A DNA stretch of 64,000 nt from Monocercomonoides exilis PA203. Lineage: Eukaryota; Protista; Preaxostyla. The notes under the pieces are model-generated. The model worked only from the letters and a program-made list of their open reading frames with translations, did not search any database and was not told the origin of the DNA. The stretch covers positions 1 through 64,000 of the forward strand of contig LSRY02000020.1 in the NCBI GenBank assembly GCA_001643675.2. Reading direction: 5' to 3'. Positions 1 to 12,789 of the stretch are shown one piece after another; position 1 is the first letter of the stretch; each line of letters opens with the position of its first letter. Position numbers and translations under genes: made by a program.

Positions 1-2798
1 TGTCCCTAACCCTAACCCTAACTTGGTCCTAATCCTAACCAACTCCTAACCCTAACCCTAACCCTAACCCTAACCCTAACCCTAACCCTAACCCTAACCT
101 GAACCCTAACCCCAATCCCTAACCCTAAACCTAACCCTAACCCTAACCTAACCCTAACCCTAACTCAACCCTAACCCTAACCCTAACCTCAACCCAACCC
201 TAACCCTAACCTAACCCTAACCTAACCTAACCCAACCTATAACCAACTCCTAACCCTAACCCTAACCCTAACCCTAACCCCAACCCTAACCCTAACCCTA
301 ACCCTAACCTAACCCTAACCCTAACCCTAACCCTAACCCTAACCCTAACCCTAACCCTAACCCTAACCCTAACCTAACCCTAACCCTGAACCCTAACCCT
401 AACCCTAACCCTAACCCTAACCCTAACCCTAACCCTAACCCTAACCCTAACCTAACCCTAACCCTAACCCTAACCCTAACCCTAACCCTAACCCTAACCC
501 TAACCCTAACCCTAACCCTAACCCTAACCCCTAACCCCTAACCCTAACCTAACCCTAACCCTAACCTAACCCTAACCCTAACCTAACCCTAACCCTAACC
601 CCTAACCCTAACCCTAACCCTAACCCTAACCCTAACCCTAACCCTAACCCTAACCTAACCTAACCCTAACCCTAACCTAACCCTAACCTAACCCTAACCC
701 TAACCCCTAACCCTAACCTAACCCTAACCCTAACCCTAACCCTAACCCTAACCTAACCCTAACCCTAACCTAACCCTAACCCTAACCCTAACCCTAACCC
801 TAACCCTAACCCTAACCCTAACCCTAACCCTAACCTAACCCTAACCCTAACCCTAACCCTAACCCTAACCTAACCCTAACCCTAACCCTAACCCTAACCC
901 TAACCCTAACCCTAACCCTAACCCTAACCCTAACCCTAACCCTAACCCTAACCCTAACCCTAACCCTAACCCTAACCCTAACCCTAACCCTAACCCTAAC
1001 CTAACCTAACCCTAACCCTAACCCTAACCCTAACCCTAACCCTAACCCTAACCCTAACCCTAACCTAACCCTAACCCTAACCCTAACCTAACCCTAACCC
1101 TAACCTAACCCTAACCCTAACCCTAACCCTAACCTAACCCTAACCCTAACCCTAACCCTAACCCTAACCCTAACCCTAACCCTAACCCTAACCCCTAACC
1201 CTAACCCTAACCCTAACCCTAACCCTAACCCTAACCCTAACCCTAACCTAACCCTAACCCTAACCCTAACCCTAACCCTAACCCTAACCCTAACCCTAAC
1301 CTAACCCTAACCCTAACCCTAACCCTAACCCTAACCCTAACCCTAACCCTAACCCTAACCCTAACCCTAACCCTAACCCTAACCCTAACCCTAACCCTAA
1401 CCTAACCCTAACCCTAACCTAACCCTAACCCTAACCCTAACCTAACCCTAACCCTAACCTAACCCTAACCCTAACCCTAACCCTAACCCTAACCCTAACC
1501 CTAACCCTAACCCTAACCCTAACCCTAACCCTAACCCTAACCCTAACCCTAACCCTAACCCTAACCCTAACCCTAACCCTAACCCTAACCCTAACCCTAA
1601 CCCTAACCCTAACCCTAACCCTAACCCTAACCCTAACCCTAACCCTAACCCTAACCCTAACCCTAACCCTAACCCTAACCCTAACCCTAACCCTAACCCT
1701 AACCCTAACCCTAACCCTAACCCTAACCCTAACCCTAACCCTAACCCTAACCCTAACCCTAACCCTAACCTAACCCTAACCCTAACCCTAACCCTAACCC
1801 TAACCCTAACCCTAACCCTAACCCTAACCCTAACCCTAACCCTAACCCTAACCCCTAACCCTAACCCTAACCCTAACCCTAACCCTAACCCTAACCCTAA
1901 CCCTAACCCTAACCCTAACCCTAACCCTAACCCTAACCCTAACCCTAACCCTAACCCTAACCCTAACCCTAACCCTAACCCTAACCCTAACCCCTAACCC
2001 TAACCCTAACCCTAACCCTAACCCTAACCCTAACCCTAACCCTAACCCTAACCCCTAACCCTAACCCTAACCCTAACCCCTAACCCTAACCCTAACCCCT
2101 AACCCTAACCCTAACCCTAACCCTAACCCTAACCCTAACCCTAACCCTAACCCTAACCCTAACCCTAACCCTAACCCTAACCCTAACCCTAACCCTAACC
2201 CTAACCCCTAACCCTAACCCTAACCCTAACCCTAACCCTAACCCTAACCCTAACCCTAACCCTAACCCTAACCCTAACCCTAACCCTAACCCTAACCCTA
2301 ACCCTAACCCTAACCCTAACCCTAACCCTAACCCTAACCCTAACCCTAACCCTAACCCTAACCCTAACCCTAACCCTAACCCTAACCCTAACCCTAACCC
2401 TAACCCTAACCCTAACCCTAACCCTAACCCTAACCCTAACCCTAACCCTAACCCTAACCCTAACCCTAACCCTAACCCTAACCCTAACCCTAACCCTAAC
2501 CCTAACCCTAACCCTAACCCTAACCCTAACCCTAACCCTAACCCTAACCCCTAACCCTAACCCTAACCCTAACCCTAACCCTAACCCTAACCCTAACCCT
2601 AACCCTAACCCTAACCCTAACCCTAACCCTAACCCTAACCCTAACCCTAACCCTAACCCTAACCCTAACCCTAACCCTAACCCTAACCCTAACCCTAACC
2701 CTAACCCTAACCCTAACCCTAACCCTAACCCTAACCCTAACCCTAACCCTAACCCTAACCCTAACCCTAACCCTAACCCTAACCCTAACCTAACCTAA
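1..2798 (-). repeat. Telomere, (CCCTAA)n = TTAGGG on the - strand; left chromosome end
   Basis: Near-continuous CCCTAA array from position 1 to about 2798, with occasional CCTAA/CCCCTAA units and more variants in the first ~260 bp. Confidence 0.99.
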
Positions 2799-3063
2799 AT
2801 TGTTGGAGTTAGTTAAGATAGACTAATGGGAGATCAACATTTTGTCACATGGCCTATCTAACCCTAACCCAATTTTTTCTTTTTTTCTCCAATATTGTAT
2901 TATTACACATAATTCACAACTAACACACTGGCAAAATATCTCCCTCCAAATCAGTCTTCCCAGTGAGATATAAAATATTTATTGTTTTTCTTCACTCAGA
3001 AAAATGACAAGAAAAATTCATTAAAAATCAAAGGTTATTCTAACATTATAACAGATATATACA

Positions 3064-3110
3064 GTGGGAGTGTGAGTGGGTATGGGGGGTGTGGGGGTGG
3101 TGTGGGGGTT
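3064..3110 (+). other. G-rich telomere-associated tract with G-quadruplex-forming potential
   Basis: gtgggagtgtgagtgggtatgggggggtgtgggggtggtgtgggggtt carries five runs of 3 or more G. Confidence 0.45.
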
Positions 3111-3650
3111 GTCAGATGAAATGTGCAGGTGACAGGAATTGAAAAAGAGAAAAAAGTGATTTTTGTGGGTTGGCCCAGACAGAAGGGTCCGTCTTGCAGG
3201 GTCAGGCCCTGTGAAAAGGCAGAAAATGAGGTTTTAGAAGGCGTCCGCTCCGCGTCCGCCTTCTACGAAGGCCACATACTGCTCATAGGACACCCCCCAT
3301 CAAACTCCGGGGTAAGGCAAATTTTTTGCCAAAAAATGTTGTTAAAATGACTCAAAAAATCATAAAAATTATTTTTTTTTCCCTGGATTCCGGAATGATA
3401 AATTCCAAATGGTAGTCAATAATAGAGTAATACCACACTCCATAACCCTGACATAGTGTCATTAATACAAGTTTATTCTATGGACACGAGCATGTCTTAA
3501 TCTTTAAGACAATCATTTGACTTTTGACTGGATTTTCAATAAAAATCAAATATTTTCTTAAGTCATGATAGAAAAGTTGTCAGATAATTTTGTAATAAAT
3601 TATTATTTATAAGTGCCTTTCATTGAAGGTTAGATTTCAACACCCTTTAA

Positions 3651-3682
3651 CCCTAACCTAACCTAACCTAACCTAACCTAAC
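3651..3682 (-). repeat. Interstitial telomere-like repeat CCCTAA(CCTAA)5
   Basis: ccctaacctaacctaacctaacctaacctaac, in the same orientation as the terminal array. Confidence 0.85.
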
Positions 3683-4269
3683 ATGACAATAATTCTCCAA
3701 AAAATGCTCAATGTGAAGAAAGTGCCAAATCCATTTCTGTGAAAGTGACTTGTCTCTCTTTTCGGTTGTATCGACTTTCTTGTCTTCTCTGTGTAACTTT
3801 TTTATTCTTTAGCCATCTTCTCTTTGTTTCATTCATCTGTGTTGAGTAAAAGGTAATTAACATTTTCCAATAAAAGAATCTCCAAAAGTGATGTCTTTTC
3901 GAGCAATGCTCAAAAGGAATGGATTTTGTTCAGATTCACTCAATTTTCGCTCATTCCGCATCCCAATGATGGAAGAAGACGAAGACGAAAAAAATAAACC
4001 AAATACGGCTGTTGGCTACAAAAGATGAAGAAGAAGATGAGCAGATATTGTGAATAAAATTCTCTTTCTGTTGGAGTGGCTCGTAGGGAAGTTGAGCCAA
4101 ATGAGAAGAAGTCAGCTGTATTTCCAGCAGAATATTCAGCAAAACGAAAATCATCAAAATTAACAGTGCTATTAGAAAAAACATTTTGTGTGTTGAAATG
4201 AATTATGTGAATATGGTTTTTCATTTCATAAAATGCATTTTTCTTTAATCATATAAAAAAATATTGAAT

Positions 4270-4775
4270 ATATGCACATATATTTTTATTACGCAATAAA
4301 ATACAAAAACCAACAAAAAATTAACATTTCATGAAAATTTGTCGAACTGAACATCTCGATCACAAAAGTGGTCACTAATTTTTCTTCAGATTTTGCATCA
4401 AACAGACATAAAAAGATGTGGGGAAGCGGTTTGTGTGGAAATCTGAGAAAAAATTAGTGACCACTTTTGTGATCGCCAGTCATTTAGAAAAACACTTTTA
4501 TTAAGGTTCTCATCAGATTTGATCCGTTGAACGATCGGAACAATAATTAAACCGAAAATTGAAATGACAGGCGATCACAAAAGTGGTCACTAATTTTTTC
4601 TCAGATTTCCACGCAGACAGCTTCCCCACATCTTTTAATGTCTGTTTGTTGTAAATTCCGAAGAAAAATTAGTGACCACTTTTTTGATCCAGATTTAAAA
4701 TTTCACATATTTTCAGGAAAATGGAACGTATTTATAATTTTTTGTATTTTATTGTGTCAAAAATAAATATGCATT
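4270..4775. repeat. Nested inverted repeat: two ~118-bp TIR-bounded units in opposite orientation (MITE/foldback-like)
   Basis: CGATCACAAAAGTGGTCACTAATTTTT occurs at 4357-4383(+), 4449-4475(-), 4572-4598(+) and 4664-4689(-, one internal mismatch, terminal base lost). Unit 4572-4689 is the diverged reverse complement of unit 4357-4475, and the flanks also pair (acgcaataaaatacaaaaa / tttttgtattttattgtgt). Confidence 0.9.
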
Positions 4776-5439
4776 AATTTTCATGTGGATATTTTTGTGA
4801 GCAAAGCGCAAAGCAATTAATGTATTTGAACCATATTCTCATTTTATTTCTATTAAAAAAGCTGCAATAATAGCAACCAATACGATTTTTTACATAAATA
4901 ATTTGTCAGCCCGCGATGGAATATCAGTGAAAATGAAAAAATAATAATTCATCTTTCAGAAATATGTCTGTAAGTGATTCTATTTAAATGAGTATTTCTT
5001 TGACTTTATTTTTTATTTCATCATGGTTAATTGGTTTTTTCTCCATTATTATTAATTCAATCTATCTTTTTTTTTTTATTCTCTCTTTTCACATATTATT
5101 TCTTTGAATATACCCTGAACTTATCTTCATTGATTTTAAAAATTTATTTATAAATTTATTCATCTGACTTTTGGATTTTATTTTTCAGGTTTTTCGTATA
5201 ATGATAGCTATTTACCGTGACACAACGTGCATTGAAGATGGAGAAAAAAGATGAAAGCAAATTAACTAAATAATGAAGAAATAAATTTCTTTTTTAATTA
5301 AAAAAGCTTTTTGGAGAATAAACAGTTTACTTGAAATGAAGTTTAATTTTTGTTGGATGAAGATGAAGAAAGAGAACATGACGATAGAGTTCAGAAGAAT
5401 CATAAGGAAATATATTTTCTGAATGAAATCATAGCAAAG

Positions 5440-6030
5440 AGAAAAGAAACAGAAGCAAAACCATTTGAAAATTGATTCGCACCAGCTAATTAGCATATTC
5501 AAAAGGTGAATAAATAAAAAATCAACTTCTTCGTTGGAAGCACTACTGTAAATGGCAGAGGAAATGATGTGTGTTTTCAATGGCAGCATTATCACCCAAT
5601 CCCCATTCGAGAATTGTGGATCAACAACTCCAACACAAAGAGTGTGGAATCAAGGAACAGCTGACAATGATGAATTCAATGGCTGGCTCCCTCTCATTGC
5701 CCAGAATAAAATCGTTTCTAACAGCGGAACTGATGCTGATGCCTGTGGCAGACCCCAACAGACCCCATGTGCCACCATCGAGTATGCCCTCACTGGCTTC
5801 ATTTCCCTCTTCCAAGAAGCATCCCTCACCCTCTTCACCTCAACATTTGTTCATCTTCATGCACTCACCTTCAGTGCGATTGATACCTAAATCACAGGAA
5901 ACGGAACAGATACCACCACCGTCGCCTCCAGTGGTATTTCTCAACCATCTTCTTCTTCTTCTTTTTCTTTTTCATCATCATCTTCTCCTTCTTCTGCTGC
6001 TGCTAATGCTTTTTCTCAAAAATCTTTTTC
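5440..6030 (+). pseudogene. Fragment of a large surface-protein family (Cys motif CG..QTPC.TI.YA)
   Basis: The ORF 5552-5890 motif GTDADACGRPQQTPCATIEYAL resembles the CG...PC.T/S repeats in the 2304-aa protein. An in-frame TAA (5888) interrupts DT*ITGNGTD. No start or end of a gene is visible. Confidence 0.6.
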
Positions 6031-6059
6031 CTTTCCCCTCTCGTCCTTCCATTCAACTC

Positions 6060-9000
6060 ATTCGTCTTCCCATTCTCGCCTATTCCCTTTTCGGTAGCAT
6101 GTTTTCAACATCAGAGGAATGTGCGAACATTGCTTCATTTTTTGCTTGAATGAAGTTCAGTCGCACGACTTCAATGCTTTCATCATCATCTCAAACTTCT
6201 CCCCGTTTATCGAAAGATTGTTACATTTCACATTCCTCCTCTTCATCGTTTTCTTCCTCATATTAATCATAAGCCGCTTTTCCAAATAACACATCCACTA
6301 AATTATCTTCCTTATCTCCATCTTCGTTATCATGATTTTCGTCTTTTTTTCCTCCTCTTCTTCTGCTTCTTCTGCTTCTTCTGTTTCCACTTCGTTGAAT
6401 ATTCGATTTCCAGCAACCTCTATCCCGATTTCAAGTACTCAGACGAAGAATATTTCATCCTCTTCTTCGTCTGTTTCACTGCTGAGTGTTCCAACTACCG
6501 CACTCGGCAGATCACTCAAAAAAGGCAACAGGTTAAAAGCGCTTGCTGCCTTCAAGCGGACAATCTGCATGAAAACACACACAGGCTCAAGGATTGCTTT
6601 ACCAGAGTTCAAATCAGAAGTGCTGGGACTGACAAACAAGATTGGTGGAAGCAGCAACAATAACAGCGATAACAATAATAACAGCAAGATGAAGAAGCTA
6701 TTACGTGTGGGGATGTAGCAAGTGCCGCTGAATATTCCACACTGAAGGCCGCCGAAGATGAAGAGGAAGCGGATGATTACTGCGATGGGGTTGAATCAGC
6801 AGTGGAAGAAGAGTGAAAGATGCACAAATGCAAATGCAACAGCACAGAAAACGAGGCGTTTGGAATCAACTGTTGTAACATTGGCGAGTAAGAGGACAGT
6901 TATGAAACAAAGAGAAGGAGAAGGAGAAGGAAAAGGAGAGAGAGAGAAAAAAGAGAAAGAGAAAGGAAGAATAATTTCTGTGTTTGATGAACTTCCACCG
7001 GATGAATTGGAGTATAGCAGGCAAAGAGGAGGAAAGCGGAGAGGGCAAGCGAATGTGAGAGGGAAAGGGAAAGCGAAAGGAAAAGCAATCCAATCCAAAA
7101 CAACCCCAACAATAGGTTCAGATGCTGTTTTGAGTGAGCTGCTTTCGAGAGAGCTGGAGCTGCTGGGTGTGACAGAAGGCAGCATCGCATTTGACTCTTC
7201 TGAGTCTGACACTAGTGAGACAGGTGGAAGAAGCAGAAGTAACACTGATGGAAATGAATATGACGAGGAAGTTGTTGATGAGGAGGAGGAGGAGGAAGAA
7301 GAAGAAGAAGACGTGGAGTTAGACAGGATTCTCAGTGAAAAGATATTTTCGACAAGTACACGGTCCATTCGGCAGACACCGGAAAAGAGCAGATCTGTTT
7401 TTGAATATGACACCTCGAACACATGCAACTCAGCAAAAATGAGAGAAAACAGCTCAGTCGAAGCAACATTTATAGTAGCTGAGATGAAGGAGAGGCAGAG
7501 GAGAGAAGCAGTCACGTAGTTGAAAAAGAACACTCTGAAGCAGACATGAGGAAGGATCATCCCAACAATCAAGCCAGTCTTTCTTCTGCTGCCTTCAAAT
7601 CTTGTTCAGGAAGAGGAAATCAAGGCAAAGACGCTCAAAAGAAAGATCTGGCCGAGAGGGAAAGGGAAGAACATGTACTATTTGTTCGAGATGAAGAGAG
7701 GAAAGAGTGAGTGAACGGAGAAGGTGCAGCAGACACTGAAGAAGCAGAAGAAGACAGTGAAGATGATGACAATGACGATAGCGATGATAGTTACGTTAGC
7801 GGTGATGAAGGCAGTTTGGATATAACACGATCTGCTGATGCATCAAATGCCGATGAAACAGAAAAGACAACAGAAAGAGAAGTGGACTTAACTTCACGCC
7901 CTGCCCTGCGCTTCACTCCCAAGCAGCGAAAGACGCTTTCATCGGCATCCCAAAAGAGCAATCAGAAGAAGTCGCATGTCACTTTCTCACACACCTCAAC
8001 CATCTCCGGCGGAGAGCTCGGTTCGACCCCTCTGCAGTTCACCTTTCCTTCAGCCAAGTCCACAAAGGAAAATGGAGAGAAAGAAGAAGACAAGAACACA
8101 ATTGGCTCAGACGGAGGCAGAGAAGCGCTGCAGAGCCCGCGCAGAAGACACAGCAATCACAGTTTGGCGGCTGTTTCTGTGTCACGAAGACATCTTGTCT
8201 TGTCTGCCATTAGAGCAGCACTCGTCAGAAAATTGCAGGCATATCTCAGAGTAGCTGCGGAAAACAGGTTTGCGACGACTTCTTCATGAGAGAGTTTGTC
8301 TAGCCAGACAGGCATGCCAATGCAAATGGAGAAGATGGAGGAGGATGAGCGGATGACTTTGGAAATCCTTCTGTGTTTTGGAGGAAGTGCAGACAGAATA
8401 CAGGGCTGAAGAAGCTGTTTGTGCAGTCGATGCAGCAGATGGGGCAGAATGAAGGCGCTGCTTTGTTTCATTTTCTTTGAGAGGCACTGTTTCATCTTTT
8501 CAACTAACTTGGATCGCCACAGCTTCTGAAGCCCACTACGATTCCATCATCTCACGCCGGGGCAACGGGGGGAATATTGGCGAATGATGCAAACTCGTTT
8601 CTGAGCCTGTTGTGTGGAATGAGGCTGTTCAGTTTGGGAGTAGAAGATGCCGTGAGAGATGCGCAACTGGTGGAGAACATGAGAAAGGAGATGAATGTGT
8701 GGAGAGGAGAAGGAAGGGCAGATGTGGATGGAGGGGACGAGGCAAGAGGCACAGCTGAGCTGTTCTGTGAAGAGAGGGGAATTTACAGTACTGTTCCTGA
8801 TGTGCAGAACAAGATCAATAGAAAGAATGATGAAAATAACTTCTCTTTGTATGCAATGGAAAGAGAGTCATATACAATCAATGCGAATATTCTGCTTGAC
8901 CTGCTTTTGTTTGCTTCGTCTGTCTTTTTCGAAGACCAACAACTTCTGCTGTCTGCTACCGAAAATGAATTTTTTGTTTCTCCGCCGAGAATAGCATGCG

Positions 9001-10120
9001 CTCCATTCATCGGAGAAACTCAATTCGAACTGACAGATTCAACACACACAAGGTTGCTCCGCTGGACGTTGAATAGCCACATAAAGAAGAGCAATATCCG
9101 ATTTTGCCTTCTTCTCTCAAGTTTTCATGAGCGCTTCTTGTCAACATGTGCCCTCTCCCTCTTTCTCATCCACTCACTCCAATCGTAATCACTTTGCCTT
9201 CAAAGCTGCTTTCAGCATCTTTCACTTCATCTTCGTGTTCTCAATACCTTCTCTGTTCACATTTTGTGTCGCTTCTATTTCCATTTCTCAGTCCATGTCA
9301 TCCTCCAGCACAACACCTACCATCATCTCATTCTCCACGCAGTCACTCATCCCTTCTGCCGCCTCGTCCGATCGACTGCTGCTTCGTCTGCTGGCAACGC
9401 GCGCTGCACTCACTGCTGTTGTCACCGCTGATCACTGGTTGATGGTGAAGAAGGACCTGCTCCACAAAATATCAACCATATTCGAGACACACCATGAACA
9501 GAAACCTTCTTCTCCTTCGATGTTCATGTCTGCCTCTCTCATCCAGCGATTGAAGGTTGTTGGAGCTGCATTATTACAACAATCCACACCTTCTGCTTTA
9601 TCTTCTTCTTCTTCTTCTTCTTCTGTTCAGCAAACATCTGACTTTCAGTTAACTTCAATGGAATCGAGCATGACAACAAATTCACAGGAACTAAGTGGAT
9701 CTTCAAATTCTGCTGCTGATGGAGCTAATATAACTTCTGTTTGCATGCGATAAATGCATCAGGAACAGCAAGTGGATGAGGAGGAGAACTTCCCTATTAG
9801 ATAAAGAAAGACTAATTCTCAGCAATTCTTCCACATCAGCTTCAGACAAGCGTCACCTCCTCTCAGTTACCTCTCTCTTCTCTTTCGCAATCTCCCTCTC
9901 CTTTTCCCTCTTCTCCGTCATTCACATCAAAAAATTCTCCATCCTCAGTTTTCCTCCCTTTTCCATCGACTCATTCTCTCCAACTTCAGAGTCGTAAACG
10001 GGCATCTTCTTCTTTTTCTTTTCTCCCCCATCTGGGACAGTTCCTGAGAATTCAACGACGCGAAGTCTATATTTTCAAAATTCTTTCTTTTTTCAAAGGA
10101 TATTCTTTCATCTTCACCTG
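6060..10120 (+). pseudogene. Decayed long Ser/Glu/Asp-rich gene
   Basis: Chain of + strand ORFs (6332, 6758, 7711, 8577, 9127) with coding-like composition, joined by frameshifts and stops (e.g. TGA at 7708 and 8287). No recognisable domain. Confidence 0.55.
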
Positions 10121-10539
10121 CAACTATCCTCCATGCTCTGCTTTTGTCACAGCTACCATCTGGTTCATCATCGCAGTCATCATCATCATCTTCTTCTTCT
10201 TCTGATCGTATTTCTTCATTTTTTGCATCTTCATAAGTGATAATAGCAGAAATAAAAAAGAATGGAATTTATGAAGAAAAGAAACTGGTTGAAGATGAGA
10301 AGATGATTGTTTAGTGAATGAAGAGAATGAAGATAAAGAGAAAGATAGATTTATTAATGACTGAATATTATGAATGGAAATTGGATAAAAAATAATTGAA
10401 GAGATTTTAAAAGAAAAAAGGATAATATGGAAAAGGAGAGTAGTTGGAAGAAAATACTTCAACGAGCAGTAAAAGAACGCTAAAATGGAGAAATAATCAA
10501 TTGTTATTTATCTGAATCATTCCGTCTGCTGCTTCTTTT

Positions 10540-11370
10540 TCAGGGTGTCCTTAAGCACAGCTACAAACAGCAGGGAAGGGATGTAAGATGCGATGCTTCG
10601 GAGAGCTTATCCGTGGTTGAGAAGCCACTTGGAAGTGCCAGAGAGTGCGCAGTCGCTTTGTCAAAGCGAGGCAATGTTAATCTCACAGAAGTCAGAGCTG
10701 ATGATGATGCTGCAGGCAAAAGTGACATTCGGAACAGGCTGATCTGTTGCAGGTGAACAAGCAGCGGTCGACATGTACACAGTTGTTCTCCTCTGAGCTG
10801 GTCGAAAGAAATGGTAGTGAAAAAGGAGAGCATCATGCTGAAGAAGCTTATTCACTTATTTAAAACAGAAAGATGAAAATATCACACTGAAACCTCCAAT
10901 GGCGAGATCTGTTGCAATGAGATGCTTGAGGGAGCAGCTGGAGCCATCGTCGAACACGAGAACTGGCGAGGCAGCACTGAGGGCGGAGAGGTTAGCGTCG
11001 GAGTGGAAGAGGGAGGAAGTGGCGAGAGCACGAAGAGCAGGGCAGGTGAGGTGGAGGGAATGGACAGATATGTTGGAGAGGCGAAGGGTGCCTAGGCAAG
11101 CACAAAGGAGGGTGGAGTTGAGTTCGACAGGCTGGTCGGCTGCGGAAAAGAGGGAGGAGGACACAGTGAGGGATCCGTCGAGGAGGGAGAAGAGGGAGGA
11201 GTGAGCAGATGCGAATGAGGAGTGAAGGAGAAGTGGCAGTGGGTGGTGATGCAGGTGTTGAGAAAGGCGACAACAGCAGAGCATCTGAGGAGGAAGACAT
11301 CCAAATGTATTTAAAAGACGAGGAAGAAAATGGAATACAGAGAGAGAGAGAGAAAGATGAAAAAGAGTAA
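10540..11370 (+). pseudogene. Purine-rich coding remnant (Arg/Glu-rich), frameshifted
   Basis: ORF 10899-11204 continues in another frame as ...SEGEVAVGGDAGVEKGDNSRASEEEDIQMYLKDEEENG. Confidence 0.45.
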
Positions 11371-11659
11371 GTGAAGATTTTCGTTTGATGGAAGCTATTT
11401 TTGTGCAAAAATGTTAATTCACAAATTGTATTGTTCAATTTTTTGAAATAGCGATTTTTTTTTATTATCATCTATCACTTCTTTTGACGAATAAATCTAC
11501 AAAAGTTCTTTTTTGTATTATTTGTTTTAAAATCGAAATAAACTGCAAACTGTGAATTTCTTGTGAAATATCCTGCATAACTATCATATTTTTGTTTTTG
11601 TGTTTTCGATAATTGTTTTTTTTCAACATATTTATTTGGATCTTCAACATCTATTTTGA

Positions 11660-11880
11660 AATTTCTTTTCAATAACATTATTTAACATTCTTCAATTAAG
11701 AAATTGATTTATTGAGTATTGAAACAATCATTATCATGCTTTTCAAACAAGATAACTTATGTTTTATAATGTTTATTGAATTTTCGAGTTTTTTTTGAAA
11801 TTATTTTTATTTTAAAATATTTGTAATAAAAAAAATTGGAAACAAATTAAAAACAACAAATAATTAATAATGATAATATG
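11660..11880 (+). repeat. Dispersed AT-rich repeat, copy 1 (copy 2 at about 16460-16685)
   Basis: Collinear shared blocks with copy 2: ttcaataaca, ttatcatg, taactta.gtttta, gaattttcga, attggaaac.aatt, caacaaataa. Confidence 0.6.
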
Positions 11881-12789
11881 GGTGATTTTTTTGAAATCAT
11901 AAAAATAGATCAAAAGTCAAAATAATAAAAACTGTTATGGTATTTTTTGATCAATCAACAAAATTGTTTTTTAATAAGTATTTAACTTTTAAAACTGCGA
12001 TAAATATTTGTTTTTTATTATTTCAAAAAAACGTACCTTTTTTTCATTAAAAAGAATTTTTTGATCAAGTTTAATAAAAATTAACAAAAAATTAATTAAA
12101 TGAATGATTTAATTTTAAAAGCAAATGACAAATATCATAACTTGTTGAACAAAATAATATGCATTAAATAAAATTGATAGATATAAATATATTAAATTGG
12201 TTTATTTAAAATTTTATAAATTGTGTTTAATATTTATTTTGCTGAAGCTTCATCACAAAGTTGTTGTTAAAGCTGCGCAGTTCAAAAACTTAAAAAACGA
12301 TGAACTCAATGGAAAGGAAACAGCAATAGATGATAACAATAGAGTCAATCTCGACTTTTCTTACCTAATTCTTCTTATGAAATGATTTTCTAACTTTCTT
12401 CTCTATCCGCTGCCTATTTTCCTTTCGTTTCTGCTCTCCTCATCTGAATCTCCCATTTGAAAACGTTGTCAATTTTGACTTCTTTTATCTTCAATGTTTT
12501 CATTATTTATCTTTCATTACACTGCTTAATCGCTTCTCAACGAAGAAAGAACTTGTTATGCTTTTTCAGCGAATTTTCTTCGTTCATTTTCTTTTTCTTC
12601 TTCTCCTTTCGGTCACCTCCTTCTTCCTCAACCACACCTTCATCACCAGTCTCACTTTTCACAACCACAACATATTCCACCACACCTCTTTCGCAAACAC
12701 CTTCTCCTTCAACTCCTTCAACAAATCCAACTGTTCCATGAGTTGCGTCATGTATACGTTGTGGTAATACGCAATATGCTGAGTGAGGT

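Noticed and set aside
1-400. Variant telomere units (CTTGGT, CCTAAT, CCAACT, CCTGAA) and scattered CCTAA/CCCCTAA
   Set aside because: Concentrated at the low-coverage contig tip or differing only in homopolymer length; most simply long-read consensus error.
4357-4689. 27-bp repeats as a CRISPR array
   Set aside because: Copies alternate in orientation, the intervening sequences are homologous rather than unique, and there are no cas genes in this eukaryotic context.
6716-7550. TAG/TGA between ORFs 6332, 6758 and 7711 as further read-through evidence
   Set aside because: Alternative frames read naturally across these points, so frameshifts explain them. The TAG signature is confined to 27.4-29.6 kb.
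11202-11290. Run of five in-frame TGAs after ORF 10899-11204, suggesting TGA recoding or CGA>TGA hypermutation
   Set aside because: Another frame is open and more protein-like (RSEGEVAVGGDAGVEKGDNSRASEEED), so the stops are out of frame after a frameshift.
11420-12170. Possible old inverted repeat, and TGATCA enrichment in AT-rich spacers
   Set aside because: Matches are short and A/T-dominated; cannot be supported without a shuffle test.
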